DNA from: Acidimicrobiia bacterium
Lineage (GTDB): Bacteria; Actinomycetota; Acidimicrobiia; Acidimicrobiales; Aldehydirespiratoraceae
Length of the DNA stretch: 64,000 nucleotides
Assembly (NCBI GenBank): GCA_022820805.1
Contig: JAJEEV010000043.1
Location: 11,363-75,362, forward strand
Direction: 5' to 3'
A model generated the notes under the pieces. The model had not been told where the DNA came from. It did not search any database and saw only the letters and a list, made by a program, of their open reading frames with translations. The stretch's first letter is position 1; the number at the start of each line of letters is the position of its first letter. The position numbers and the translations under genes are program-made. Below are positions 1 to 8,060 of this stretch, one piece after another.

Positions 1-263
1 GCCAGCAGATCGGGGCTGTCCCCGACGACGACGGTGGTTGCGCTGCCGAGGCGGCCGGTGTCGCGGCCGGAGGCGGCGAAGACGGCCGCGGCCCGAGGGC
101 CCCTGGTGGCGATCCTTGCGTCGAGGCCGCAGCCGGCCCGGGTCGGGGCGTCGTCGGCGGGCTCCGGTGCGGCTTCTGACGGCGCTGCGATCGGGTCCGA
201 TCGCAGCAGCCGTGTCGCTCCAGCCCCGGCACGCTGCGCGATCTGGGACAGCCTGCGACGCAC
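1..263 (-). CDS. hypothetical protein, N-terminal part only (gene runs off the left edge)
   Basis: Not in the ORF track because it has no stop in the window. The minus frame from GTG at 263 reads VRRRLSQIAQRAGAG...AAVFAASGRDTGRLGSATTVVVGDSPDLL, with strongly G/C-biased third codon positions. The other frames are Arg/Pro-rich junk. VVVGDS weakly resembles SGNH/GDSL block I. Confidence 0.3.
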   Translation of the reverse strand, partial: MRRRLSQIAQRAGAGATRLLRSDPIAAPSEAAPEPADDAPTRAGCGLDARIATRGPRAAAVFAASGRDTGRLGSATTVVVGDSPDLL

Positions 264-268
264 GCCTG

Positions 269-300
269 CATTATGGCACTGCTCCTCATTACGGCACTGC
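269..300. repeat. 14-bp direct repeat x2 (CATTAtGGCACTGC / CATTAcGGCACTGC), period 18
   Basis: Read directly at 269-282 and 287-300. On the minus strand the proximal copy gives CATAAT 6 nt upstream of the GTG at 263. Confidence 0.6.
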
Positions 301-303
301 ACC

Positions 304-411
304 TAGAGGCCGAGCGGGTAGCTGCGCGAGTCCGGTTCATACGGCGCGAGGCCGTGGCCCGAGCGGCCCGTGAGCGCAGCGAACAAGAGCGGGAATGACA
401 CCGCCGCGCCG
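304..411 (+). repeat. intergenic element, copy A (AGAGGCCGAGCGG box + variable spacer + about 62-nt conserved core)
   Basis: Near-identical to 17991-18100. Its core GCGAGGCCGTGGCCCGAGCGGCCCGTGAGCGcAGCGAACAAGAGCGGGAATGACACCGC is shared with copies at 29821, 30696 and partly 44312. Confidence 0.85.
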
Positions 412-476
412 CTAGGCGCTTGCGAGCACTACCGCACTGCACTTCCGCGGACCCGGGAGATCCTAGGATCATCGCC

Positions 477-1304
477 GTGAGCGGTCGCGACCAGCGTCTA
501 TTCGACCTAACCCAGCCGCCGCCGCCGGCCGCCTACCTGCGCGAGGCCTGGCGGAGGCGGGACTTCGCGATCCAGGTGCCCGCCCAGGACCTGCGGGCCC
601 AGAACATGGGCACCGCGCTGGGACAGCTCTGGCACCTCGCCAACCCGGCCCTGCTGGTAGGGGTCTATTTCCTCATCTTCGGCGTCGTCATCGACACCAG
701 CCGGGGAGTCGAGAACTTCCTGGGCTTCCTCATCGTCGGCGTGGTCCTGTTCCATCTGACCCAGCGGGTGGTAGTCGACGCTGCTGTGTGCATCAGCCGC
801 AATCTCGGCCTGATCCGCTCGGTCCAGTTCCCCCGGATCCTCCTGCCGGTGGCGGCCCTCAACGGGCAGACCGCCGCCTTCGTGCCCGCGCTGGCGCTGG
901 CGCTCGTGGCGGTCATCGTCACCGGCGAGCTCCCGTCGTTGCGGTGGCTGGCGCTGCTCGGGGTGCTGGCCGCGCAGTTCCTGTTCAACCTGGGCGCGGC
1001 CCTGCTCGTGGCCCGCATCGGGGCCAACGTCGCCGACCTGCGCCAGCTCCTGCCCCACCTGTTCAGGCTGCTGTTCTACGCCTCGGGGGTGATCTTCAGC
1101 GTGGACGCCTTCGTCACCAGCGAGGCCTGGAGGCGGGTCTTCGCGCTCAACCCCCTCTACGACGTGATCACCTGCGCCCGCTGGTGCCTGCTGGGCGAGC
1201 CGGTCGACGGCTGGGTGGTGGCCGGAATGCTGGCATGGTGCCTGGTGCTGCCGGTGGCGGGATTCCTGGTGTTCCGCCGGTCCGACCAGCGGCTGGGGGC
1301 GTGA
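477..1304 (+). CDS. wzm: ABC-2 type polysaccharide/teichoic-acid exporter permease (Wzm/TagG-like)
   Basis: ORF 420..1304. It has multiple TM segments and an ABC-2 permease pattern (LREAWRRRDF..., LNPLY). Its stop overlaps the ATG of the next gene (ATGA at 1302-1306). The start is uncertain: I chose GTG 477, with TTG 420 as the alternative. Confidence 0.8.
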   Translation: MSGRDQRLFDLTQPPPPAAYLREAWRRRDFAIQVPAQDLRAQNMGTALGQLWHLANPALLVGVYFLIFGVVIDTSRGVENFLGFLIVGVVLFHLTQRVVVDAAVCISRNLGLIRSVQFPRILLPVAALNGQTAAFVPALALALVAVIVTGELPSLRWLALLGVLAAQFLFNLGAALLVARIGANVADLRQLLPHLFRLLFYASGVIFSVDAFVTSEAWRRVFALNPLYDVITCARWCLLGEPVDGWVVAGMLAWCLVLPVAGFLVFRRSDQRLGA

Positions 1305-2050
1305 TGGCCTCGAACACGGCCGTGACCGTGCGCGTCGACGAGGCCCACGTGTACTACCGGGTCTACGAGGATCCGGCCGCGGGGATCAAGAAGCTGTTCT
1401 CCGAGGGGCGGACCCGCAGGCGCTTCCGCACCATCCGGGCCCTGCGGGGAGTGAGCCTCGAACTTCGCGAGTCGGAGACGCTCGGGCTGATCGGCGCCAA
1501 CGGCTCGGGAAAGACGACGCTGCTGTCGGCGATGACGGGCCTGCTGCCGCTGGAGTCCGGCTCCATCCTCGGCCGCTCCAGGCCGTCGCTGCTCGGGGTG
1601 TCGTCCGCCCTGCGGCCTGCGCTGTCGGGCCGGCGCAACATCCTCATCGGCGGGCTCGCCCTCGGCTTCACCAAGTCCGAGATCGAGACCCGGGCCGACG
1701 AGATCATCGACTTCTCGGGGCTGCGCGACGCCATCGACCGGCCGATGCGCACCTATTCCTCGGGGATGCGGGCCCGCCTGCAGTTCGCCATCGCCACGGC
1801 CCGGATCCCCGACGTCCTGCTGATCGACGAGGCGCTGACCGTGGGAGACGAGGACTTCCGCCGCCGCAGCGCGGAGCGCATCAACGAGATCAGGTCCGCC
1901 GCGGGATCGGTGGTGCTGGTGACCCACATCATGGCGGAGATCGACCGCTACTGCGATCGGGTCGCCTGGCTCGACGAGGGGATCCTCAAGGCCGTCGGCG
2001 AGCCCGGTGAGGTCGTCGGCGCCTACCTCGCGTCCACCGCGGCCTGCTGA
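1304..2050 (+). CDS. wzt: ABC exporter ATP-binding protein (Wzt/TagH-like, short form without a C-terminal carbohydrate-binding domain)
   Basis: In-frame ATG inside ORF 788..2050. It has Walker A GANGSGKTT, signature YSSGMRARL and Walker B LLIDEAL. Confidence 0.9.
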   Translation: MASNTAVTVRVDEAHVYYRVYEDPAAGIKKLFSEGRTRRRFRTIRALRGVSLELRESETLGLIGANGSGKTTLLSAMTGLLPLESGSILGRSRPSLLGVSSALRPALSGRRNILIGGLALGFTKSEIETRADEIIDFSGLRDAIDRPMRTYSSGMRARLQFAIATARIPDVLLIDEALTVGDEDFRRRSAERINEIRSAAGSVVLVTHIMAEIDRYCDRVAWLDEGILKAVGEPGEVVGAYLASTAAC

Positions 2051-3051
2051 GAACGCGCCCGGCCGTTCTTGCGGGTCCGGCCCGCCAGGAACCCGGCACC
2101 CCATCCGAGGTGCATCACCGCGAAGGCAGCGGCTGCCCTGGCCCGGTCGAGCCGGTCCGGCAGGGCGCCACGCAGCCTGCAGGCCGCGGTCGCGCACGCG
2201 GCCGCGTACACGACGGGGAGGGCGGCCGCCTGCCAGCGGCGGGCTGCCAGCCCGATCAGCGAGACCGCCAGACCGGCGACCAGTGCCGGGGGCGTGAGCT
2301 GCCTAAGGCGAAGCGACCGGGGATGGAGCTTCAGCACCGCCCGCTTCCAGGACCCGTAGGCGAAGTACTGCCGGGCGAGGCCGGCCAGGTCCGGGCGGGG
2401 CATGTAGTCGACCACGAGTGCCGGGTCGAGCCACACGATGTGACCCTGCTCGCGCAGGCGCCAGTTGAGCTCGTAGTCCTGGTTGCGATCCAGCGTCTCG
2501 TCGAAGCCGCCGACCCCCTCGAGCGCGGCGCGGTCGAACACGCCGAGGTAGACGGTGTCGGCCGGGCCCTGGAGCGAGCCGCGCCGGAACGCGGCGGGAC
2601 CGCCGCCGAAGGGCGAGGCCATCGCGGCCGCGATCGCACCCGGCCAGCGGCCGGAGGCCGCCGGCCGCTGGACGCCGCCCACGTTGGCCGCGCCGGTCCG
2701 GGCCATGGTGGCCACCGCCCGCTCGATGTAGTCGGGCGGAAGGCGAGACTGGGCGTCCACCCTGGCCACGACAGGTCCGTCCGAGGCCGCCACCGCGATG
2801 TTCAGGCCCGCGGGCGTGGTCCCGGCGGGGTTAGCCACCGTGCGGACCGGAACGTCGATCGAGGTCGCGGCCAGGAGTCGCTCCGTGCCGTCGGCGCTGG
2901 GTGCGACCGCCACGGTCACGTCGATGGGGCCGCGGTAGGTCTGGGACGCGATGGCGGCGAGGCATCCGGCGATCACCTCAGCGCAGTCGCGGGCCGGCAC
3001 GACCACAGACACCCGGGGAAGGCCGGGATCCGCCGCCGGGCCCGGGCTCAT
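2023..3051 (-). CDS. family 2 glycosyltransferase with C-terminal TM segments
   Basis: C-terminal 342 aa of ORF 2023..3621. Key residues: VSVVVPARD..., DAQ, DYELNWR. Its ATG at 3051 overlaps the upstream stop (ATGA). The 3' end overlaps convergent wzt by 28 nt. Confidence 0.8.
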   Translation of the reverse strand: MSPGPAADPGLPRVSVVVPARDCAEVIAGCLAAIASQTYRGPIDVTVAVAPSADGTERLLAATSIDVPVRTVANPAGTTPAGLNIAVAASDGPVVARVDAQSRLPPDYIERAVATMARTGAANVGGVQRPAASGRWPGAIAAAMASPFGGGPAAFRRGSLQGPADTVYLGVFDRAALEGVGGFDETLDRNQDYELNWRLREQGHIVWLDPALVVDYMPRPDLAGLARQYFAYGSWKRAVLKLHPRSLRLRQLTPPALVAGLAVSLIGLAARRWQAAALPVVYAAACATAACRLRGALPDRLDRARAAAAFAVMHLGWGAGFLAGRTRKNGRARSQQAAVDAR

Positions 3052-4388
3052 ACCCCTGAACGGCGAGCCATCACCAGCAGGCTCTTGACCATGATCTCCC
3101 AGTCGAGCACGGGCGACCAGTTGACGATGTACTGCAGGTCGTGGCCCAACTTGTACGCGGGATCGGTCTGGTAGTGGCCCTGCGTCTGGGCCAGCCCCGT
3201 GAGTCCCGGCGGGATGTCGTGGCGCCGGCCGTACCCGGCGATCTCCTGCTCGTGCCGGGCTACCAGTTCCGGTCGCTCCGGCCGGGGACCGACCAGCGAC
3301 ATGGTGCCGGTGAGCACGTTCCAGAGTTGCGGGAGCTCGTCCAGCCGGGTGCGCCTCAACCAGGCCACGCCGGCGATCACCCGCGGGTCGTCGCGCACCG
3401 CCAGTTCCGGGCCGGCCCGTTCGGCGTCCGGGCCCATGGTCCGGAACTTCACCGCCGTGAACGTGCGGCCGGCGTGCCCCACTCGCTGCTGGCGGTAGAG
3501 GACGCCGCGCCCGGCCCGCACGCGGACATACGCCGCCACCGCGAGGCTCAAGGGCACCGCGACGGGCGCGAGCACCAGCAGGTACAGCAAGTCCATCAGG
3601 CGTTTGAACCGTAGGCGGCACACCGGCAGGGCGTGCGCTCTGAGCGCCACGAACGGCATGCCGCCGATCTGGCGGGTCCGTTGCAGCCCCAGCAGGGTGT
3701 CGGAGGGGGTGATGCGCCGGTAGACGCCCACTCGCCGGCTCTCCAACTCCCCGAGAGGCTCGGGGTACAGGTAGTCCAACGGCTGGCCGGACAGCAGCAG
3801 CAGGTCGGTGGCACCGGTCCGGTCTATCTCGGCAACGATGTCCGACGGGGCGTGGGACTGCCCGACGATGCTCGCCGCGGGCTCCGATTCGTGCAGGTGG
3901 CGGAGGGCCGACTCGACGTCGCGGGGCTCTCCCAGCAGCAGCACCCGGGGCTGGCCGCAGCGGCGATGCCTGACCCTGCGGGCCAGCCAGCGGTTGAAGG
4001 ACACCAGCAGACTGGCCAGGCCGGCCAGGACGACGAGGTTGGCGCGCGGCATCAGGTAGCGCCCGGTCAGCAGCGTGACGGTGGCGTCGGCTCCAACGGC
4101 CAGCAGGGTGAGCAGCGTCGCCCGGGGCAGCCAGGGCGGCCGGCCCAGGCGCTGCTCGTACTCGTACATCCCGCCGAAGTAGTAGATGGCCATGTGCAGC
4201 CCGGTCGCGATGGCGAAGCCCACCGCATAGTGCGACACGGGGTAGGTGGGCCAGTCGAAGCCGAACCTGACCGTGGTGATGGCCGCCATGAGCCCGAAGA
4301 GGGTGACGGCGTCGATGATGTGGAGATAGCGGAAGCCCAGCCTGCGCAGGATTGGGGTGTTGCCTGCTGCTCCGGCCGCGGTCCTCAC
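3048..4388 (-). CDS. polyprenyl-phosphate sugar phosphotransferase (WbaP/exopolysaccharide initiating enzyme family)
   Basis: C-terminal 446 aa of ORF 3048..6371. It has 4-5 N-terminal TM segments, then KRLMDLLY..., FKFRTM-like AVKFRTM, DELPQLWNVLTGTMSLVGPRP. The proposed GTG at 4388 overlaps the upstream stop (GTGA). Confidence 0.85.
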   Translation of the reverse strand: MRTAAGAAGNTPILRRLGFRYLHIIDAVTLFGLMAAITTVRFGFDWPTYPVSHYAVGFAIATGLHMAIYYFGGMYEYEQRLGRPPWLPRATLLTLLAVGADATVTLLTGRYLMPRANLVVLAGLASLLVSFNRWLARRVRHRRCGQPRVLLLGEPRDVESALRHLHESEPAASIVGQSHAPSDIVAEIDRTGATDLLLLSGQPLDYLYPEPLGELESRRVGVYRRITPSDTLLGLQRTRQIGGMPFVALRAHALPVCRLRFKRLMDLLYLLVLAPVAVPLSLAVAAYVRVRAGRGVLYRQQRVGHAGRTFTAVKFRTMGPDAERAGPELAVRDDPRVIAGVAWLRRTRLDELPQLWNVLTGTMSLVGPRPERPELVARHEQEIAGYGRRHDIPPGLTGLAQTQGHYQTDPAYKLGHDLQYIVNWSPVLDWEIMVKSLLVMARRSGV

Positions 4389-6364
4389 TGGTCTCGCATC
4401 AGCGGCGGCAGCGGAACGTCGTTGTCGAACGCGCCGGGCGCTCCTGCCAGCCTCCACACGAGCACCGCCATCCGACCCCTGGTGACTGAGTCGGCCGGAT
4501 TGAAGTCCTGGGAGCGGCTGCCGGCCGTCTCGAACTCGTCGTCGATCCAGAGCTGGTGCTCCACCATCCACCGGGCGGCCTCGAGGTAGTAGTCGTTGAT
4601 GCCGATGTCGGTGAACGGGACGGGGTGGTTGCTGTAGGTGCGTCCCGCGAAGCGCCACAGGAACGCGGCCAGCTGCGAGACCCTGAGATTCTCGGTCGGG
4701 CAGAACAGCACGGGGTTGGTGCTGCAACCCACGGTGATGCCCTGGTCCACCATCCATCCCACCGCTTCGGCGTAGTAGCTGTCCGGCTCGACGTCGTCGA
4801 AGGTGAATGACCCGTCGACGGACTGGGGCTCTCCCGCGAAGCGCCACAGGAACGTCGCGAACTGGGCACGGGTCAGCGAGCGCTCCGGCGAGAAGGTCGT
4901 GGGGGTGGTGCCGGTGGTGATCTCGTTGTTGAGCATCCACGCCACCGCCTGCGAGTAGGGCGCGTCGTGGGCGACGTCGGTGAACGGGAGGGTGTGGACG
5001 TTGTAGCCGCTCTCGGTGTGGGAGCCCTGGAGAGCGAGCCTGGTGGACAGCAGCTCCCGGCAGCCGGGCGTATTGCGGCATCCCAGCCTCAGCGCGTAGT
5101 AGAAGCGGTAGCCGTAGGGATCGCCGTCGTCGTTGCGGACCTCGAGGGTGCGATCGCTGCCGACCAGGGTCACCAGGGAGTCGTCGATACGGCCCGAGGG
5201 CCCGGCTCCGCTGATGTAGATCTCCACGATGTCGCCGACGTCCAGGTCGGCGAAGGGATAGTCGGCCAGCCACTCGGCGATCTGGTCGCCGGTGTAGGTG
5301 CGCTCCCAGGAGTGGGTGGGGTTCTTGGGGTCGCCGTTGGCGTCGGGGGCAGCGTCGTAGGGATCGGGCTTTGCCAGCAGGTACGGCACGTGAGCCCGGC
5401 GGGGCTCCTCGTTGGCGGCGGTGTAGCCGCCGTTGGAGGAGCTGTAGTAGCCGACGATCACCTCGATCGGGTCCGTGCTGGTCGCCTGGTAGGTGAGCAC
5501 CGTGTCGTCGGTGGCGTCCACCTGGGCCGTCCAGTTGCTGTGGCCGGGCTCCCGCTCGTAGTCCCACGCCTTGTACTCCTGGTCGCGGGTCGAGGCGTAC
5601 AGGTCGAAGGGAGCGGCCCAGTTGGCCCGTTCGCTCATGATGGCCACCGCGTAGCTGCGGGCCGCGACCGCCTGCGCCTTGAGGGCTTCGACCGGCCAGG
5701 AGTGGGCCATCTCGTCGAGGCCGTAGAGGTACTGCTGCATGGTCAGCTCGCCGATCACCAGGCAGTACTGGTGGGAGGTTCGGCTGCCGCAGTTGGCGAT
5801 GCCTCCGGCCGCCGGAGTCAGCTGGAACTCCCCGTGTGCGTAGCGCTCGGTGCCGTTCACGGTGTTGGAGACCCGCACCGGCTCGCCGTCGTTGAATCCG
5901 ACGGTGAGCACCGTGCCGCTGCAGAAGCCCCGGCACCAGTCGATGTTGCTGGAGTTGATGTACCAGCCGCCGTCGCCGCGGCGCACGGTCAGGGTGTTGA
6001 CGGTGGTGTCCAGGAAGCGGCCGTCCATGGAGACCGTCAGCTGCCCGGTGGGCCTGAACACGGTGGTGTTGTGGATCGCGATGCGCACGTCGACGTCGTC
6101 GGGCACCAGGGCGGGATCGGTGCGCAGCTCGGTCCCGTCGTAGTAGAAGGCCAGGATCTCCTGGAAGGTGAACCCGGCCTCGGCCCGGCCCAGGGCGCCG
6201 TACTGGCTCAGGCCGAGCCCGTGGCCCCAGCCGCCGCCGAGGAAGGTGAAATCGTCGTCGCTGGGGCCGTGGGGATGGGCCGTCGCCGGCACGGCCAGAG
6301 TCGCGAGCAGGACCGCCGTGGCCGACAACAGCGAGAGCAGCCAACGAATGGGATGGGAGGGCAT
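4385..6364 (-). CDS. secreted SpoIID/LytB-domain protein with three C-terminal SLH (S-layer homology) repeats
   Basis: ORF 4385..6364. It has a signal peptide (MPSHPIRWLLSLLSATAVLLATLAVPATA), a SpoIID-like core (GHGLGLSQYGA, YYSSSNGGYT) and three repeats of the form F(T/D)D(V/I)...Y..A..WM......F.P....TR......LWR.AG. Confidence 0.8.
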   Translation of the reverse strand: MPSHPIRWLLSLLSATAVLLATLAVPATAHPHGPSDDDFTFLGGGWGHGLGLSQYGALGRAEAGFTFQEILAFYYDGTELRTDPALVPDDVDVRIAIHNTTVFRPTGQLTVSMDGRFLDTTVNTLTVRRGDGGWYINSSNIDWCRGFCSGTVLTVGFNDGEPVRVSNTVNGTERYAHGEFQLTPAAGGIANCGSRTSHQYCLVIGELTMQQYLYGLDEMAHSWPVEALKAQAVAARSYAVAIMSERANWAAPFDLYASTRDQEYKAWDYEREPGHSNWTAQVDATDDTVLTYQATSTDPIEVIVGYYSSSNGGYTAANEEPRRAHVPYLLAKPDPYDAAPDANGDPKNPTHSWERTYTGDQIAEWLADYPFADLDVGDIVEIYISGAGPSGRIDDSLVTLVGSDRTLEVRNDDGDPYGYRFYYALRLGCRNTPGCRELLSTRLALQGSHTESGYNVHTLPFTDVAHDAPYSQAVAWMLNNEITTGTTPTTFSPERSLTRAQFATFLWRFAGEPQSVDGSFTFDDVEPDSYYAEAVGWMVDQGITVGCSTNPVLFCPTENLRVSQLAAFLWRFAGRTYSNHPVPFTDIGINDYYLEAARWMVEHQLWIDDEFETAGSRSQDFNPADSVTRGRMAVLVWRLAGAPGAFDNDVPLPPLMRDQ

Positions 6365-6404
6365 GTACCACCGTCTCCTGTCAGCCGCCCGCCGGGCGGG
6401 GAGC

Positions 6405-7187
6405 CTAGCGCCCTGCAGCGCCGGATTCGCCGTCGCGGTCGGCGACGGCGACGAGGTAGGCGTCCACCACTTCGTCGGGGTCGCCCACTGAGCGGAGCCG
6501 GCCGGCGTCCAGCCAGCCGACGCGGTCGCACAGCCGGCGCACCAGCGCGGTGTCGTGGGACACCAGCACGATGGTCGTGCCGCCGGCGCGGAGGCTCTCC
6601 ATGTGGTGCAGGCACCGCTGCTGGAACTCCTCGTCGCCCACCGCGATGACCTCGTCCACGAGGAGGATCTCGGGCTCGACGTTGACGGCCACGGAGAAGC
6701 CCAGACGCATGTACATCCCGCTGGAGTAGATCTTCACCGGAGCGTCGATCTGGTCGCCGACCCCGCTGAAGTCGATGATCTCGTCCATGGCGGCGGCCAT
6801 CTGGCGCCGGCCGAGCCCGAGCATGGCCCCGTTGAGGAACACGTTCTCCCGGCCGGTCAGCTCGGGATGGAAGCCGGACCCGAGCTCCAGCAGGGCCGAG
6901 AGCCGGCCTCGGGCCGCGATCCGGCCGCTGGTGGGGCGGTGGATCCCGGCCATCAGCCGCAGCAGCGTGGACTTGCCGCTCCCGTTGTGGCCGATGAGGC
7001 CGAAGAACGAGCCCTGCTCGATGGCGAGCGACACGTCTCGCAGGGCCCACAGGTGCCGGACGTCGCGGCGGCCGAAGCGGATCACCGCCTCCTTGACCGA
7101 GGTCGGGCGGTTCAGTTCCAGACGGAAGCGCTTGGAGACCTCGGCCACCTCCACGGCCGGTTCCGGCTCCCGGGACGGGCCGCTCAC
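6405..7187 (-). CDS. wzt: ABC exporter ATP-binding protein (second Wzt-like, short form)
   Basis: C-terminal 260 aa of ORF 6405..8039. It has Walker A GHNGSGKST, signature YSSGMYMRL and Walker B LLVDEVI. GTG 7187 overlaps the permease stop (GTGA). Confidence 0.9.
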   Translation of the reverse strand: MSGPSREPEPAVEVAEVSKRFRLELNRPTSVKEAVIRFGRRDVRHLWALRDVSLAIEQGSFFGLIGHNGSGKSTLLRLMAGIHRPTSGRIAARGRLSALLELGSGFHPELTGRENVFLNGAMLGLGRRQMAAAMDEIIDFSGVGDQIDAPVKIYSSGMYMRLGFSVAVNVEPEILLVDEVIAVGDEEFQQRCLHHMESLRAGGTTIVLVSHDTALVRRLCDRVGWLDAGRLRSVGDPDEVVDAYLVAVADRDGESGAAGR

Positions 7188-8023
7188 GGCTCCTCGCTGA
7201 TGGCCATGGACCGGCGTCGGAAGAAGGCCAGGCCGAGCGCGAAGACGCTGAGCGACCAGGCCGCGGCGGTGGCCAGGTCGGCCGCGTCGGGCACCTCCAG
7301 GAAGTAGACCGCATCGCGGGCCACCGCGATGACCGAGTTGAGGGGGTTCAGCTCGACGAGACGGGCCATCGGCAGGCCGTAGGCCCGCTCGGGCACGATG
7401 TCGGGCGTGTAGACGATCGGCACCGTGAAGAACCCGATACTCAACACGATGGTGGTGAGGTGCTGGATGTCGCGGTAGCGGGCGTTGACGACGGCTGCCG
7501 CGAAGCCGAGTCCCAGAGCGAACATCGCGGCCAGCAGCATCGCCACCGGCAGGAACACCAGCGTCCAGGACACGTTCGCCATCGCGGTCATGATCAACAC
7601 CAGCACCAGGGCCTCGAGGCTGCTCTGCAGCAGTGTGGCGACGGCGCCTCCGACGAGAGCGGTCTCGGTCGGGAAGTAGATCTTCTTGCGCAGCTCGCTC
7701 ACGCCGTCCATCCACCGCATCGAGCCGTTCACGATGGTCGAGAAGGCGTTCCAGACGACCAGCCCGGAGAACAGGTAGAGGGCGAACACCTCGGCCTGGC
7801 CGTTGGCGGTGGCCGGCGGGGCGGCCCGGTAGATCACTCCGAAGACGAGGCTGTACACCGCCACCGTCGTCAGCGGCTTCAGCAGTGACCACAGCCAGCC
7901 CAGCAGGTTGCGCTTGTAGAGCGCCTTGGTCTCGCGCTCCGCGAAGCTGCGAACAAGCCTTGCGCCGGTGCGGGCTGCGGGCGACAGCAGCGCGGTGCGG
8001 GAGCCGGGTTGGTTGACCGCCAT
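7184..8023 (-). CDS. wzm: ABC-2 type exporter permease (second Wzm-like)
   Basis: ORF 7184..8023. It shows a six-TM pattern, KKIYFPTE and LNPLNSVI motifs typical of ABC-2 permeases. Confidence 0.85.
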   Translation of the reverse strand: MAVNQPGSRTALLSPAARTGARLVRSFAERETKALYKRNLLGWLWSLLKPLTTVAVYSLVFGVIYRAAPPATANGQAEVFALYLFSGLVVWNAFSTIVNGSMRWMDGVSELRKKIYFPTETALVGGAVATLLQSSLEALVLVLIMTAMANVSWTLVFLPVAMLLAAMFALGLGFAAAVVNARYRDIQHLTTIVLSIGFFTVPIVYTPDIVPERAYGLPMARLVELNPLNSVIAVARDAVYFLEVPDAADLATAAAWSLSVFALGLAFFRRRSMAISEEP

Positions 8024-8060
8024 AGTCGCCGTGGATCATAGGATGAAGCGGAGACCGACC

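Noticed and set aside
4389-6371. N-terminal 660 aa of the 1107-aa ORF 3048..6371
   Set aside because: This part is out of frame with, and fully overlaps, the convincing SpoIID/SLH gene. It is Arg/Pro-rich junk. Only the C-terminal 446 aa (WbaP-like) look real.
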